A stretch of 64,000 nucleotides of DNA from an uncultured Methanosarcinaceae archaeon (GCA_963727895.1 CAVSHT010000012.1:256001-320000), one strand, 5' to 3'. Shown: positions 33,481 to 44,670, counted from the first letter of the stretch. Program-made: numbers and translations. Notes: generated by a model not told the origin, from the sequence alone.

Positions 33481-34685
33481 ACCTGAAAAAGCTGGCGGAA
33501 AATGCAGCTGAGAAAAAGGCAACCTTCGGAGAAGATTTTGATCTGGATAAATTTGAGGAAGGTTCCAAGATTAGCAAACCTATTGAAGATCTTCAGACCC
33601 TTGATGAGGAAAGTAAGAGAACTCTGCTTCAAGTAGGAGTAGTACCTAGTGAAGAAGGTCGATCCGGTAGTCTGGTGGTGCTTGATAATGCAGTTTCGCA
33701 TTCTTCCTTAAAAGATAAAAATGTAGAACTCATGTCTACCCAAAAAGCCCTGAAAAAATACGACTGGCTCAAAGAATATTCTTGGAAGCTTGTAGCTGTT
33801 GACACCGACAAATACACGGCGAAAACTTACCTTGAAAATGCGGATGGATACTTTATCAGGGTTCCTGCTGGCAAGAAATCTTTAATGCCTATCCAGACCT
33901 GTCTTTTGCTTGGCAGTGATAAAACTTTCCAGACTGTACATAACATCATAATTGTAGAAGAAGGGGCAACTCTTGACATAATTACAGGCTGCACAGCTAA
34001 AAAGGGAGTGGAGGAAGGACTGCACCTGGGAATTTCTGAGATGTACGTAAAAAAAGGAGCCACTCTTAATTTCACAATGATTCATAACTGGGCCGAGCAA
34101 ATAGGGGTCAGACCAAGGACAGTTGTCAAGGTGGAAGAAGGAGGAACTTACGTAAGCAATTATATCTGCCTGAAACCCGTTCGTTCCGTTCAGACATACC
34201 CTACTGTCAAGCTTGAAGGAAAAGGAGCAGTTACAAGGTTAAATACAATAGCTATTGCCCATCCAGGTTCGGAATTGGATCTTGGAAGTCGGGCAATTTT
34301 CAATGCACCTGGCACGAAGGCTGAGCTTATCTCTAGGACAATTACAATAGGTGGAAGAATTATTGCAAGAGGGGAAATGATAGGCAACGCAAAGGGAGCG
34401 AAAGGTCATCTTGAATGCAAAGGGCTTGTCCTTACAGATAAAGGAAGTCAGCTTGCAATCCCAATCCTTGAAGCAAATGTAGATGATGTGGAACTTACTC
34501 ACGAGGCTGCCGTGGGAAAAATTGCTAAAGATCAGTTAGAGTATTTGATGGCTAGAGGTCTTACCGAAGACGAAGCTGTAGGCATGATTGTGCGGGGATT
34601 CCTTGATGTAGGAATAAGGGGAATTCCAGAGGAATTGAAGAATGAAATTGAAAATACAATTGCACAAACAGCTTTTGGAATGTAA
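33462..34685 (+). CDS. sufB: Fe-S cluster assembly scaffold SufB/SmsB
   Basis: VHNIIIVEEG, ITGC, ECKGL, THEAAVG, YLMARGL. Confidence 0.92.
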   Translation: MQTDEVNLKKLAENAAEKKATFGEDFDLDKFEEGSKISKPIEDLQTLDEESKRTLLQVGVVPSEEGRSGSLVVLDNAVSHSSLKDKNVELMSTQKALKKYDWLKEYSWKLVAVDTDKYTAKTYLENADGYFIRVPAGKKSLMPIQTCLLLGSDKTFQTVHNIIIVEEGATLDIITGCTAKKGVEEGLHLGISEMYVKKGATLNFTMIHNWAEQIGVRPRTVVKVEEGGTYVSNYICLKPVRSVQTYPTVKLEGKGAVTRLNTIAIAHPGSELDLGSRAIFNAPGTKAELISRTITIGGRIIARGEMIGNAKGAKGHLECKGLVLTDKGSQLAIPILEANVDDVELTHEAAVGKIAKDQLEYLMARGLTEDEAVGMIVRGFLDVGIRGIPEELKNEIENTIAQTAFGM

Positions 34686-34828
34686 TTCAAAAAGAATGAA
34701 TCAAAAATTCATTTGAACTAAAAAAGTTTGAAAAATCTTTTGAATTGCAGATATAATTAAAAATAAGAATGTGGAAAAAGAACCTCTAAACATTTTTAGG
34801 GTCTGAACTTTCTGGAAATATGTATCTT

Positions 34829-34868
34829 AAATCCGGCAGGAGAAAAGGAGAAATCTGCCGGATTTTTT
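34829..34868 (+). terminator. Hairpin plus T-tract after sufB
   Basis: AAATCCGGCAG...CTGCCGGATTTTTT. Confidence 0.5.
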
Positions 34869-35186
34869 ATAGAGTATTTGTGGATTTTATGAGCTGAAGT
34901 CATTAATGATATTTTTCCTGTTGTAAAGAAAGCTTTAAAGTTTAATGCTACTCATTAAACCACGATTGCAAAGACATACATTATTTTTTAAATATCTATC
35001 AAAGAAACTTCACTTGCTTTTCTAATTTTTCACATGCTACTCTTGGTGTTATGCACACAGGAAATAAAAAATACATTATTAAAAAGTAAAGTACTTCTAA
35101 TTCTTAGCCGGAGAGCACAGTACTTGGCATCATATATATACTACGGCAATAATATTACAGTACTGTAATGTTTTAGAGGGATTGAA

Positions 35187-35546
35187 ATGATAGACTTTGC
35201 CTGCAAGGAGTTTACAATAGAAGATGTGATCAAATGTGCCCTTAATCTCACAAAGGCTGACCTTAAAGTTATGAAGTATTTTTTAAATGAAACTGAGCAA
35301 TGGGTTGACACTGATTTTCTTTCAAAAGTCCTGAAGCTGGATATCTCCACAGTTCAGCGTTCCGTCAAAAAACTTCATGAAAAAGAAATTCTTCAGAGGT
35401 CTCAACAGAACCTGGATGGAGGAGGTTATGTCTTCAAGTATAAGACCAACTCAAGGGCTAAAATAAAAAATATCATTATGACTGTGGTAAATTCATGGGC
35501 CGACAGGCTTGGTCAGGAGCTTGAAAAATGGGAATATGGAGGCTGA
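35187..35546 (+). CDS. TrmB-like HTH transcription regulator
   Basis: IKCALNLTKAD...LDISTVQRSVKKL...GGYVFKY. Confidence 0.85.
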   Translation: MIDFACKEFTIEDVIKCALNLTKADLKVMKYFLNETEQWVDTDFLSKVLKLDISTVQRSVKKLHEKEILQRSQQNLDGGGYVFKYKTNSRAKIKNIIMTVVNSWADRLGQELEKWEYGG

Positions 35547-36168
35547 TTGTCTTTGCTTAAAATAACACCTTACCTGGGAATTATGGTTCTTATCGTTTCT
35601 ATCGGAGGACTCTGGTATCCAGTACTCGGATACTTCTTATTACTGGTTTTTGCCGCAATATTCTTGATTAGTCCTTTCAGAGGTCGATGGTTCTGTGGAA
35701 ACCTCTGTCCGAGGGGAAGCTTTGTTGATTTCTGGGTCGCCAAAATATCAAGGAAAAAGAAGATCCCTCCAACCCTGCGTTCTCTGTGGATCCGCATGCC
35801 AATTTTTTTCATACTGATGGGCTTCATGGGACAGGATAGCAAATGCTATTGGGAACCTCAACGCTTTTGAGAAAATCAGCATGATATTTGTGATGATGTG
35901 TCTGGTGACAACCTCAATTGCAGTCCTTCTGGGCAGTTACCTGAGCCCAAGAACCTGGTGTTCATTCTGTCCTATGGGAACAGCTCAATGCTTGCTTGGT
36001 GGAAATAGGTATCTTCTAAAACTTGATAACGAAAAATGCATTGGCTGTAAGAAATGTGAAAAGATCTGTCCCATGCAGCTCAAAATCTGTCAAGACGGTG
36101 CAAAACCTGATTGTATCAAATGTGGGCGCTGTGTGGATGTCTGCCCTAAAGATGCCCTGAAATTTTGA
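35547..36168 (+). CDS. Membrane 4Fe-4S binding protein (NapH/polyferredoxin-like), frameshifted near 35830-35870
   Basis: CGNLCP, CSFCP, CxxCxxCxxxCP twice, TM segments. Confidence 0.85.
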
Positions 36169-36180
36169 ATTTTTATTTTT

Positions 36181-36919
36181 GGCATTGTTACTTAATTAGA
36201 TCTAGTTCTTTATTTCTTTATTTCATCAATAGAAGAACCGAGTACTTTAGCATTTCAAGACTTTTTGTATAACACTTTGTTTTTCTTCTCAATCTTGCTA
36301 GAAAATGCCTCAATATGCTGTTATATCCTTCAACAGTGTACGTTTTTGCTTTGGATTGAGTATGAATAGTTTCTGGAAGAAACTCTGCATATGCCCTCCA
36401 GTGATCTGTCATCACTTCTCCAATCTCTTTTTTCTTCAATTTTTCCCAGAGTAGTTTTCCAGTTTCTGTTCCTCTGCTACCAAAAGAGCAGTTGATGAAC
36501 TTTTTCCCAACTCTATCAACAGCAATCCAGATCCAGCAATATTTTTTTTGTTACCGATGTAAGTGTGCATCTCATCCATTTCAACAATAGATATCTCACT
36601 TTCACTTTTTAGATTCTCTCACTCTTGACCAAATTTCTTGATCCGTTTTTGGACAGAAACATGACTCACCCCTAAAACTCTTCCTATTGAACGAAAGCCC
36701 AATCCTTCAAGATAGAGTTGTAAAGCCTGTCTTTTTACAGAAGCGGAAAAAGCAGTTGTTTTAGCTCTACTGTATAGTTATAGCCACAATCAAAGCATTT
36801 GTAGCGTTGACGCCCGCCAACTATACCATTCTTTTTGTGACTGGAACTATTGCATATGGGGCAGTTCATGAAGAAATATAGGTTCTCATAAGAAATAACT
36901 ATAGTTAATTAGCAAAGCC
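36181..36919 (-). mobile_element. IS1-family element, copy 3, inverted and defective
   Basis: Ends GGCATTGTTACTTAATTAG and ATAGTTAATTAGCAAAGCC, InsB on the minus strand. No matching TSD. Confidence 0.9.
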
Positions 36920-37128
36920 TCTTCTTTTACTTATTAATTTCTATTGTTTATTATCTAAATAAATAAAAATGGTTCTGACCTAACATTATAAGTATTATTA
37001 TCCACCACTTTGATATTAAAATGGAGGGGAACCGGAAAAACACTTCCGGAATTTGACTTTAGAATAACAAAGGTGCATACTGGAAAGTGTCTACAAATTT
37101 AACTAGATTAGAGAAAAAGGAGAAAAAC

Positions 37129-40100
37129 ATGACAAGCCGTATACCTGAACTTTCAGAAACCCAGAAAAAAGAAATCTCTGAACTTTTTGGGGAATATGTC
37201 AATCTTGACAAACGTGAGCGCCATTATTACTGCCACGATAATGGAGCTTTACCTCCGCTTGTTAAGAAGGTCATCGGGAATACCGACCCAGCAGCTATAG
37301 TAAAAATCAGGACCGAAGAAGACGCTGTAGAGCTTCTTGAATTTGCGAACAGAAATAAAATTCCTGTTGTGCCTCGTGCAGGAGCTTCTTCAGGGTATGG
37401 AGGTGTAATCCCAACAAAGGGTGGAATAGTTGCCGATGTTACACTATTGAATAATATAATAAGCATCGACCCCGATAAACAGAAAGCGGTTGTTCAGAGT
37501 GGTATAATTTGGGAAAAGCTGGAAAGAAAACTCAAAGAAAAGGGGCTTTCGTTGAGAGCGATTCCTTCAAGCGCTCCTTCTTCGACTGTTGGAGGATGGT
37601 TATCCCAGAGTGGTGCCGGTTACGGAAGTTATGAGTTTGGCTGGGGCTATGAAAGTATGGAAAAAGCCAGGGTTGTTCTTCCTACAGGAGAAATCCGAGA
37701 ATTTTCAGGCGCTGAACTTAAAAAATTAATCGGAACAATGGGAACTATAGGCATTATCACCGAAGTAACCCTGAAGGTCCAGAAGTTCGAAGAACGAAAA
37801 GCTGTTTCTGCCAGTTTTCCAAGTGCTTCAGCCCTTATGAAAGCGATCGAAGAGATAAGAAGTAAAAATATCCATCTCTGGTCAATTTCCTTTCTGAATC
37901 CTGACTGGGCGGATATGAAAAACAAAGTGCCCAATAAACTCCATAATGAAGAAGTTGTGGATAAAGATAGACCCATACTACCAGTTTCTTATGTTTCAAC
38001 TTTCATGTACCCTGTATCGAGGGATGTTTCCGGTCTGAAAGAAGCAATTGAAAATGTTGGCGGCACAATCCTGCCGGAAGAAATTGCAAAACACGAGACA
38101 GATGAATGGTTCAAATCCATGAAAATAAAGAGGCTTGGACCTTCGTTTATTCCTGCGGAAATTCTTGTTCCTCTTGATAAAATGGACAAGGTTTTTGAAG
38201 AAATTGGAAAAAGAATCAAGTTGTCTGTGCTTACTGAAGGCATGGTTATAAGCGATGGGTATGTAGTTCTACTCTGTTTCATGCGCCATTCGGAGCGGTC
38301 CGTGCTCTTTAATATAGCTTTTGCTCTTTCCCTGAGTATTTTGAAGATTGCTGAAGAAAATGGTGGAAGGGCTTATTCCTCAGGGATTTTCTTCGCTTCA
38401 AAACGGAAAGATATTTATGGGGGAAGACTTGCTGAGATCGAAGCCCTGAGAAAAGAAATCGATCCTAATGAAATCATGAACCCTGAAACCATGGAGGGAA
38501 GAACTCTTCTAAACACTGCCGTATCAATGGGATCTACCTTTGAGCCTTTTGGCAGAATAATTGGAAACATTTCTGGAATTGGCAAAGTTTCTTTTAAAGA
38601 CGAAAAAGGGATTCCTGCAGAGGTTCTCGAACTTGCTTATTCTTGTTCTCAGTGCGGGTACTGCGTGAGTGAGTGCGATCAGTACTATGGTAGGGGCTGG
38701 GAATCTCAGGCGCCGAGAGGCAAATGGTTCTTTATAAAGGAATATCTGGCAGGCAGAGAAAAACTTGATCAGAGGCAGACAAATACCTTCCTTGCCTGTA
38801 CTACCTGCCAGATGTGTGATTCCCGCTGTGAACTGGATATGCCAATAGAGCATGCTTGGATGACCATGCGGAATAAGCTGGTTGGGGAAGAGAAAAAGAT
38901 GGCTTTCCCTCCATTTGAGATCATGGCTGCAAGTCTTCTTAAAGAAAGGAATATCTGGGCAAATTACAGAAAAGACCGCGATAAATGGGTTCCAGAGGAT
39001 ATCAGGGCAAAAATTAAGGATAAAGCTAAATACGCTTACTTTGCGGGCTGTACGGCATCTTTTGTCGAAAACGACGTAGCTACAGGTGCAGTTCGTATGC
39101 TTGATGATGCAGGGGTAGAGTTTACAAGCCTCTTAGATAAGGAAGCATGCTGTGGAATTCCTATGCTTGTTGCCGGAAGGTGGGATGTTTTTGAAAAAAT
39201 AATGAGAATGAATGTCGCAAACATGAAAAAGAAGGGAGTAAAAATTGTAATTACTTCTTGCCCAGCCTGCTGGCTCATGTGGTATACGGTTTATCCTCAG
39301 TGGGCGAAAAAGCTAGGAATCGAATATGGACTTGAGGCAAAACATTACTCTGAAGTTCTCGTTGAACATCTTGATGTTCTGAAGCCGAAATTTAAACAGC
39401 CTCTTGATAAAGTTGTAGCCTGGCACGATTCTTGCCATATTGGTCGGGCAGGAGGCAAAGTGTATGAACCACCCAGAGAACTTCTCAAAGCTATACCCGG
39501 AATACAGTTCAGAGAACTTGAATACAATCGTGAAAGAGCTCATTGCTGTGGTTCGGTTGTAAGCCTTATTGCTGAACCGCCAGTTGCATACAAGCTGGGA
39601 GATATGAGACTTCAGGAAGCCCTTGATGTTAAAGCCGATATTATTGCAGCGCTTTGTCCATGCTGTATATTCCAGTTCCGTGTGGCAGCAAAGGAAAACA
39701 ATCTCAATATAGAGGCTCAGGATCTTGGAGCTCTTGTGGGCAGGAGCCTTGGGTACAACATCCCTGACTCAACTTCCTATACTCTAGAATCGTGGGCACC
39801 CTTTGAGAAAATGATCGCTCTTATGCAGCCTGAGAATATGGTCGACATGATGGTTGAACTCATGCCTCAGATGATGGCAGCTATGCCAGCCCCACTTCAG
39901 GCAATGATGAAGATGGTCAAATACGTGCCTGGTATGGATGCAATGATGAAACCAATGATGCCAGTTCTGATGCCGAAGCTCATGCCGTCGGTTATGCCGA
40001 AAGTCATGCCTGATATGCTCAAAGCTGTAGAAAAGAGAGTTCCAATGCCCGATTACATGAGGGAGCAGCTTCCTGACCTTATGCCAAAAGCTATGGATAA

Positions 40101-40176
40101 CTTGATGCCTAATATGCTTCCAGACCTTATCCCTCTGCTAACTCCGAAGATGATAGAGTATATAAAAACGCATTAA
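37129..40176 (+). CDS. FAD-binding (GlcD/D-lactate dehydrogenase-like) plus 4Fe-4S/CCG-domain (GlpC/HdrD-like) fusion oxidoreductase
   Basis: PVVPRAGASSGYGG, STVGG, two ferredoxin-type Cys motifs, CCG domains (ACCG, HDSCH, HCCG). ATG 37129 follows AAGGAG. Confidence 0.9.
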   Translation: MTSRIPELSETQKKEISELFGEYVNLDKRERHYYCHDNGALPPLVKKVIGNTDPAAIVKIRTEEDAVELLEFANRNKIPVVPRAGASSGYGGVIPTKGGIVADVTLLNNIISIDPDKQKAVVQSGIIWEKLERKLKEKGLSLRAIPSSAPSSTVGGWLSQSGAGYGSYEFGWGYESMEKARVVLPTGEIREFSGAELKKLIGTMGTIGIITEVTLKVQKFEERKAVSASFPSASALMKAIEEIRSKNIHLWSISFLNPDWADMKNKVPNKLHNEEVVDKDRPILPVSYVSTFMYPVSRDVSGLKEAIENVGGTILPEEIAKHETDEWFKSMKIKRLGPSFIPAEILVPLDKMDKVFEEIGKRIKLSVLTEGMVISDGYVVLLCFMRHSERSVLFNIAFALSLSILKIAEENGGRAYSSGIFFASKRKDIYGGRLAEIEALRKEIDPNEIMNPETMEGRTLLNTAVSMGSTFEPFGRIIGNISGIGKVSFKDEKGIPAEVLELAYSCSQCGYCVSECDQYYGRGWESQAPRGKWFFIKEYLAGREKLDQRQTNTFLACTTCQMCDSRCELDMPIEHAWMTMRNKLVGEEKKMAFPPFEIMAASLLKERNIWANYRKDRDKWVPEDIRAKIKDKAKYAYFAGCTASFVENDVATGAVRMLDDAGVEFTSLLDKEACCGIPMLVAGRWDVFEKIMRMNVANMKKKGVKIVITSCPACWLMWYTVYPQWAKKLGIEYGLEAKHYSEVLVEHLDVLKPKFKQPLDKVVAWHDSCHIGRAGGKVYEPPRELLKAIPGIQFRELEYNRERAHCCGSVVSLIAEPPVAYKLGDMRLQEALDVKADIIAALCPCCIFQFRVAAKENNLNIEAQDLGALVGRSLGYNIPDSTSYTLESWAPFEKMIALMQPENMVDMMVELMPQMMAAMPAPLQAMMKMVKYVPGMDAMMKPMMPVLMPKLMPSVMPKVMPDMLKAVEKRVPMPDYMREQLPDLMPKAMDNLMPNMLPDLIPLLTPKMIEYIKTH

Positions 40177-40201
40177 TTCTTCGTACAATTTTGTGCGGAA
40201 A

Positions 40202-40241
40202 AAGTCGAAGGGAAATTGGTAATTCCTTCGACTTAATTTTT
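40202..40241 (+). terminator. Hairpin terminator after the oxidoreductase
   Basis: AAGTCGAAGGGAA...TTCCTTCGACTT followed by AATTTTT. Confidence 0.6.
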
Positions 40242-40282
40242 GAGCTGATCCCAAAACTCAGAATTGGTTTTAGGATGAGCTC
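40242..40282. mobile_element. Minimal MITE-like element (TIRs only)
   Basis: GAGCTGATCCCAAAAC-TCAGAATTG-GTTTTAGGATGAGCTC, same ends as 46686-46818 and 48746-48873. Confidence 0.6.
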
Positions 40283-40459
40283 ACTCAACAATATGGACTT
40301 TTTTCAATAAAGGCTCGTGTGTACGACCCATCACATAAATTCGTGTTTTATCCCAAAATTATTGCGCTTGCGTTTTGAACTTCCAAATAGTTTTGAGTCT
40401 GCGAAATTATTTCCGGATACAATATTTCTCTTTTTTGTATTCCAATTAAAGCAAAGTGG

Positions 40460-40620
40460 TCAAATCCTATTTGTTTCATCAAAACTGCAATACCAAAGTT
40501 GTTTATTGTCATTGTCACCTTGATAGAAACAGTATAATTTTCCATTATATCCTGTTACTGCAGGAGAACCACGCAGCCTTACGTCTTTGACCTGAGTATC
40601 TTTAGACCATTGTGTCATAT
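40460..40620 (-). pseudogene. Fragment of a beta-propeller/lectin-like repeat protein
   Basis: WSKDTQV...GSPAVTGYNGKLYCFYQGDNDNKQLWYCSFD resembles one propeller blade. No full gene present. Confidence 0.4.
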
Positions 40621-40793
40621 TCTTCAACTTCTGTCTGAGATAAGCGTTTTTTAAATTAACTGGGCAAGTCTTCCAGCAATTTTTTGCTATTATTGGCCTG
40701 CCATAAAATACACATGTAAATATATATTGTCTGCGTATCGTATGTTCAGCATAAACATAATAAAACAAATAATACAGTAACAGGAGTAGAATT

Positions 40794-41427
40794 ATGACCT
40801 ATAACATGAAAAGGCACCGCCTTGCCACCACCATTTCAGGAAGGCATTGGGAATTGTTAAAAAGCATGCTGATAAATTTGAAACCCAACAAAAAGCCTTG
40901 GAAACAGTGTTGGAATGTCTGGAAAACAATTCTAAACAGTATCCTGAATTAACTACTGAACAAAAATTTTGGCTGGCGTGTGAATCGATAAGTTCAGTTT
41001 GTTGTGTCCAAAAGGGGGCTTTAAAAATACTAATGGAAACTGTAAATCATGAGCGATTTGAGAAGTATGTGACCAAAAATAAACCCATAGAATGTGTAGT
41101 ACAGTTTTTCTCCAGAAACCTCTTGAAGAATGCAGTCTAAAAGAAGTAGTGGATGGCCTAATGATTGTTTTTGGAACATCACACATGTTTGAAACAGTAG
41201 ACTACAAAGACAATGGCAACTACTATTTGCTGGTACTAACTCATAGTCTGGGTCTTAATAATTCAAAATTAAACGTAATGAAATTTGAAAGTTTATTTGA
41301 CACATATGGAGCCAAAGTCGAAAGCAAAATTTCCGAAAATACAATTTTTATGAAAGTATTTAAAGATAAAGAGTTAGTGACAGGAGATGTTCGAAAATCC
41401 AGTAAGTGCTATGTATATGGAACCTGA
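40794..41427 (+). CDS. Conserved Methanosarcina-type hypothetical protein (possible RHH regulator), two frameshifts
   Basis: MTYNMKRHRLATTISGRHWELL / KKHADKFETQQKALE / QKPLEECSLKEVVDGL...THSLG join into one reading. Confidence 0.65.
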
Positions 41428-41600
41428 TAATACTGGTCTTGCTCACGAGCTATTGAGAAAAACTCACTAATAGAAAACTAACTAATATTTAGTAAAAGAG
41501 ATCTCACTAACGATTTGTAAATGAGATCCAACTAAATATTTTTCATTTACCAATGAATCCATTTGAAAGCTTTTTTGTGAGCGTATTTGAATCTAAAGCA

Positions 41601-42827
41601 TTAGTCAGTTGATTTTCCGAATTTAGTTGCATGCAATAGCTCTGGAAATAGCTTCATCCAGAGGACTGCAATGATTATTGAGCCAATGCCACCAAGTAAC
41701 ACAGCTGGTACAACTCCAAGCAGGGAAGCTGTTAACCCTGATTCAAATTCCCCAAGTTGATTTGATGTGCCTATAAACATTGAATTTACGGCATTTACTC
41801 TGCCTCTCATATAATCTGGGGTTTCCAATTGTATGAATGTCATACGGACGACAACGCTGATAACGTCAGATGCTCCTAGCAATACAAGTGATGCGAGAGA
41901 TAAAGGAAATGAAGTTGACACAGCGAAAATTATGGTGAAAATCCCAAAAAAGATTACTGCGATAAACATTTTTAATCCTTCATTTTTCTTTAGTGGTCTT
42001 TTTGCCAGAAATGCGGACATTATCAATGCGCCTATGGCAGGTGCTGAACGCAGCAATCCCAAGCCCATAGGTCCAATTTTTAAAATAGTACTTGCATAAA
42101 CAGGCAATAAGGAAGTCGCACCGCCAAATAATACTGCAAAAAGGTCAAGAGAAATTGCTCCAAGTATAGCGGGCTTGCTTTTAATGAAAGCTATTCCTCC
42201 GAATATTGAATTTTTCGTTATTGATTCAGATTTCTTGACGTCATTCATTACTGAAACAAAAAGAATAATCACACTTGACATCAGTGTTAATACACCAGCT
42301 ACTGAGTACACAAGCTCGGGATTTAATGCATAAATAACTCCTCCAATTGCTGGACCCATTACGGATGCAAACTGGGCTGTTGAGGCTGATAAAGCAGCTA
42401 CTTCTGAAAAAACTTCCTTGATAACGACATTAGGTAGTAAAGATTGCATTGAAGGGCCTTGAAAAGCATTGGCAATGCTTACAAAAAAGACAGTAATTAG
42501 AATTCCTTTTTCGGTAATTACTCCTATATGGCTTTCGTAAGCCAGCAGGAAAATTCCTATACTTTCTACAATTTGACTTAAACTAATTATCAACTTTCGG
42601 TCATAGCGGTCTGCTACATAACCGACGACAAGAGTAAGTAAAAACATCGGTAAGAATTGGACTAATCCAACAAGTCCTAGATAAATAGGCTTTTTAGTTA
42701 TTGAATAAATTTGCCATCCTACAGCAACAGTTAACATTTGAAAAGCAATAGTAGTTGCTATACGTGCAGATAATAAAAATACTAAGGATCTGTTATGTAA
42801 TAGAGATGGCACTTTAAGTGAAAACAT
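41601..42827 (-). CDS. MFS transporter (EntS/DHA3-like)
   Basis: GYVADRYDRK motif A, about 12 TM segments, TPDYMRGRV. Confidence 0.9.
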   Translation of the reverse strand: MFSLKVPSLLHNRSLVFLLSARIATTIAFQMLTVAVGWQIYSITKKPIYLGLVGLVQFLPMFLLTLVVGYVADRYDRKLIISLSQIVESIGIFLLAYESHIGVITEKGILITVFFVSIANAFQGPSMQSLLPNVVIKEVFSEVAALSASTAQFASVMGPAIGGVIYALNPELVYSVAGVLTLMSSVIILFVSVMNDVKKSESITKNSIFGGIAFIKSKPAILGAISLDLFAVLFGGATSLLPVYASTILKIGPMGLGLLRSAPAIGALIMSAFLAKRPLKKNEGLKMFIAVIFFGIFTIIFAVSTSFPLSLASLVLLGASDVISVVVRMTFIQLETPDYMRGRVNAVNSMFIGTSNQLGEFESGLTASLLGVVPAVLLGGIGSIIIAVLWMKLFPELLHATKFGKSTD

Positions 42828-43638
42828 CCATTATAGCTCCTTTTTTCGGCTGTTTTTACTTTCTGGATTACAAAACTGTGACTTGATGGCATATTCTGAT
42901 AGGACTTGAATATTTCCCAAATCAAAAATGGCTGAAGCTTTACTTATCAAAACGATTGTGTTTGGTATCTCAAGTTGTTTATCCAGCATTCTAAAATTGT
43001 TTGCAGCTATTAAGTGGTTATGCATTTTTAGCTGATAGAAGATAATGGGAAATGATATAAATTTTGGTCAATAAAATTGTGCTTTACTGAATCTCATAAT
43101 TGATGTGGTTTTTCAGGTTTGTGAATTTCAGCGTAAGGAATGAGATTGCTGGAAATCAAATCTGTAGAAAAGAAAGTTCTTATGCCTGATTCTATGAAAG
43201 TCTATTTTTATCTTTTTATACCATAAGTTCTAGGAACTTGATATCTTAAAAGAACTTTAGTAATTTTTTAATCAACATCTTTTTTATTACATAATCTTAA
43301 TTATTTTTATATAAATTTTGCTTGAATATCATTTGAACTATTGTATTTTACGATAGAGAATATTCTATATAAAACACCAGCTAATATCTAAAAAATCATC
43401 TTTGAATAAAACTTTCATATATTAAACTATATATAAATAAACAATGTTATCCATTTAACGCTGTTATTTATATAAATGAAGTATTAATTCTTAGAGATAA
43501 ACTTTAAACCAAATAATCTTCTTTGACTTATCTCAAAGATTGAATAACTAATAACTAAATAACCGATTCAAAAACATTTTACTACACTTTTTAGTTAAAT
43601 TCTTCAAAATTATTTCAACATAAAAAAGGAGTGAAAAG

Positions 43639-44670
43639 ATGTTAAAAAAACAGTTTAGTGAGGTAAAAAAAGCAATAATAATTTTGCTTGCAATATCTTT
43701 TGTAGCAACTTTAACAATCACAACAGCAAGTGCAGCAGACAATAGCGTTAAAGAAGTAACCCAACTAAATCAGATAAATTCTGCTCTTCAAAAAGGTCCA
43801 GTTTTATTGGAATTTGGAGCAACCTGGTGTGAGTACTGCCAGAAAACGAAGCCTATTCTTCAGGAACTTGCAACAGAATATCAGGGAAAAGCAACAATTA
43901 TGTCCGTAGATGTAGATAACAGCCCTGAACTTACTAGCTATTTTGGAGTAGATGGCATTCCTGATTCCGCCGTGATTGTAGGTATTAAAAACAATGAATA
44001 TGTTTACATGCAGGAAAATGGAGAAGTTACTACCGATAGATCAAGTGCAAGAATAGTGGGATATACGGACACTGTAAAGCAAGAGTTTGAAAATGTTTTA
44101 GATCTTGCTCTGAATGATACAAATAGTCAGAATATCTCTTATGGTACAACTGTTCAGTCTCTTTCTTCAGAATATACAAATACTCAGTCTCTTTCTTCAG
44201 ATGATACAGACAATCAATCTCTTTCTTCAGATTATACAGAAGTTCCTACTGCATATTTTACCAGCAACGTTACCGAAGGCTATTCTTCTCTTACTGTGCA
44301 ATTTACTGATATGAGCACAGGCTCACCAACTTCGTGGAGCTGGGATTTCGGTGATGGAAATACTTCAACTGTCCAGAATCCAACGCATACATACAATGAA
44401 GCCGGAAATTACATTGTCACTTTAACAGTAGAAAATAGCGCAGGAAGCACCACTGTAACTGACTCAAGTTTTGTTGTTTTAGCCAGTGACAATACGCCAA
44501 CGACTGAATTCTCTGAATCTCCAAGTACTGGTAACTCTGCTTCCTGTGCCTGTAAATCTGTTGATGAAAATAATTCCCCAACTCAAAGCCTATCACAGAA
44601 ATGCATTAAAAAAGTAACTTGTGCATCTAGTTTAGCCAAAAAGAAACATAATTGTCATTGCAGAAGATAA
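43639..44670 (+). CDS. Secreted thioredoxin-domain plus PKD-domain protein
   Basis: Signal peptide (..TASA), WCEYC, PKD signature SWSWDFGDG...NPTHTY, Ser-rich linker. Confidence 0.85.
   Translation: MLKKQFSEVKKAIIILLAISFVATLTITTASAADNSVKEVTQLNQINSALQKGPVLLEFGATWCEYCQKTKPILQELATEYQGKATIMSVDVDNSPELTSYFGVDGIPDSAVIVGIKNNEYVYMQENGEVTTDRSSARIVGYTDTVKQEFENVLDLALNDTNSQNISYGTTVQSLSSEYTNTQSLSSDDTDNQSLSSDYTEVPTAYFTSNVTEGYSSLTVQFTDMSTGSPTSWSWDFGDGNTSTVQNPTHTYNEAGNYIVTLTVENSAGSTTVTDSSFVVLASDNTPTTEFSESPSTGNSASCACKSVDENNSPTQSLSQKCIKKVTCASSLAKKKHNCHCRR
44155..44232 (+). repeat. Three 30-bp in-frame repeats encoding QSLSS(E/D)
   Basis: CA(G/A)TCTCTTTCTTCAGA at 44155, 44185 and 44215. Confidence 0.8.
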
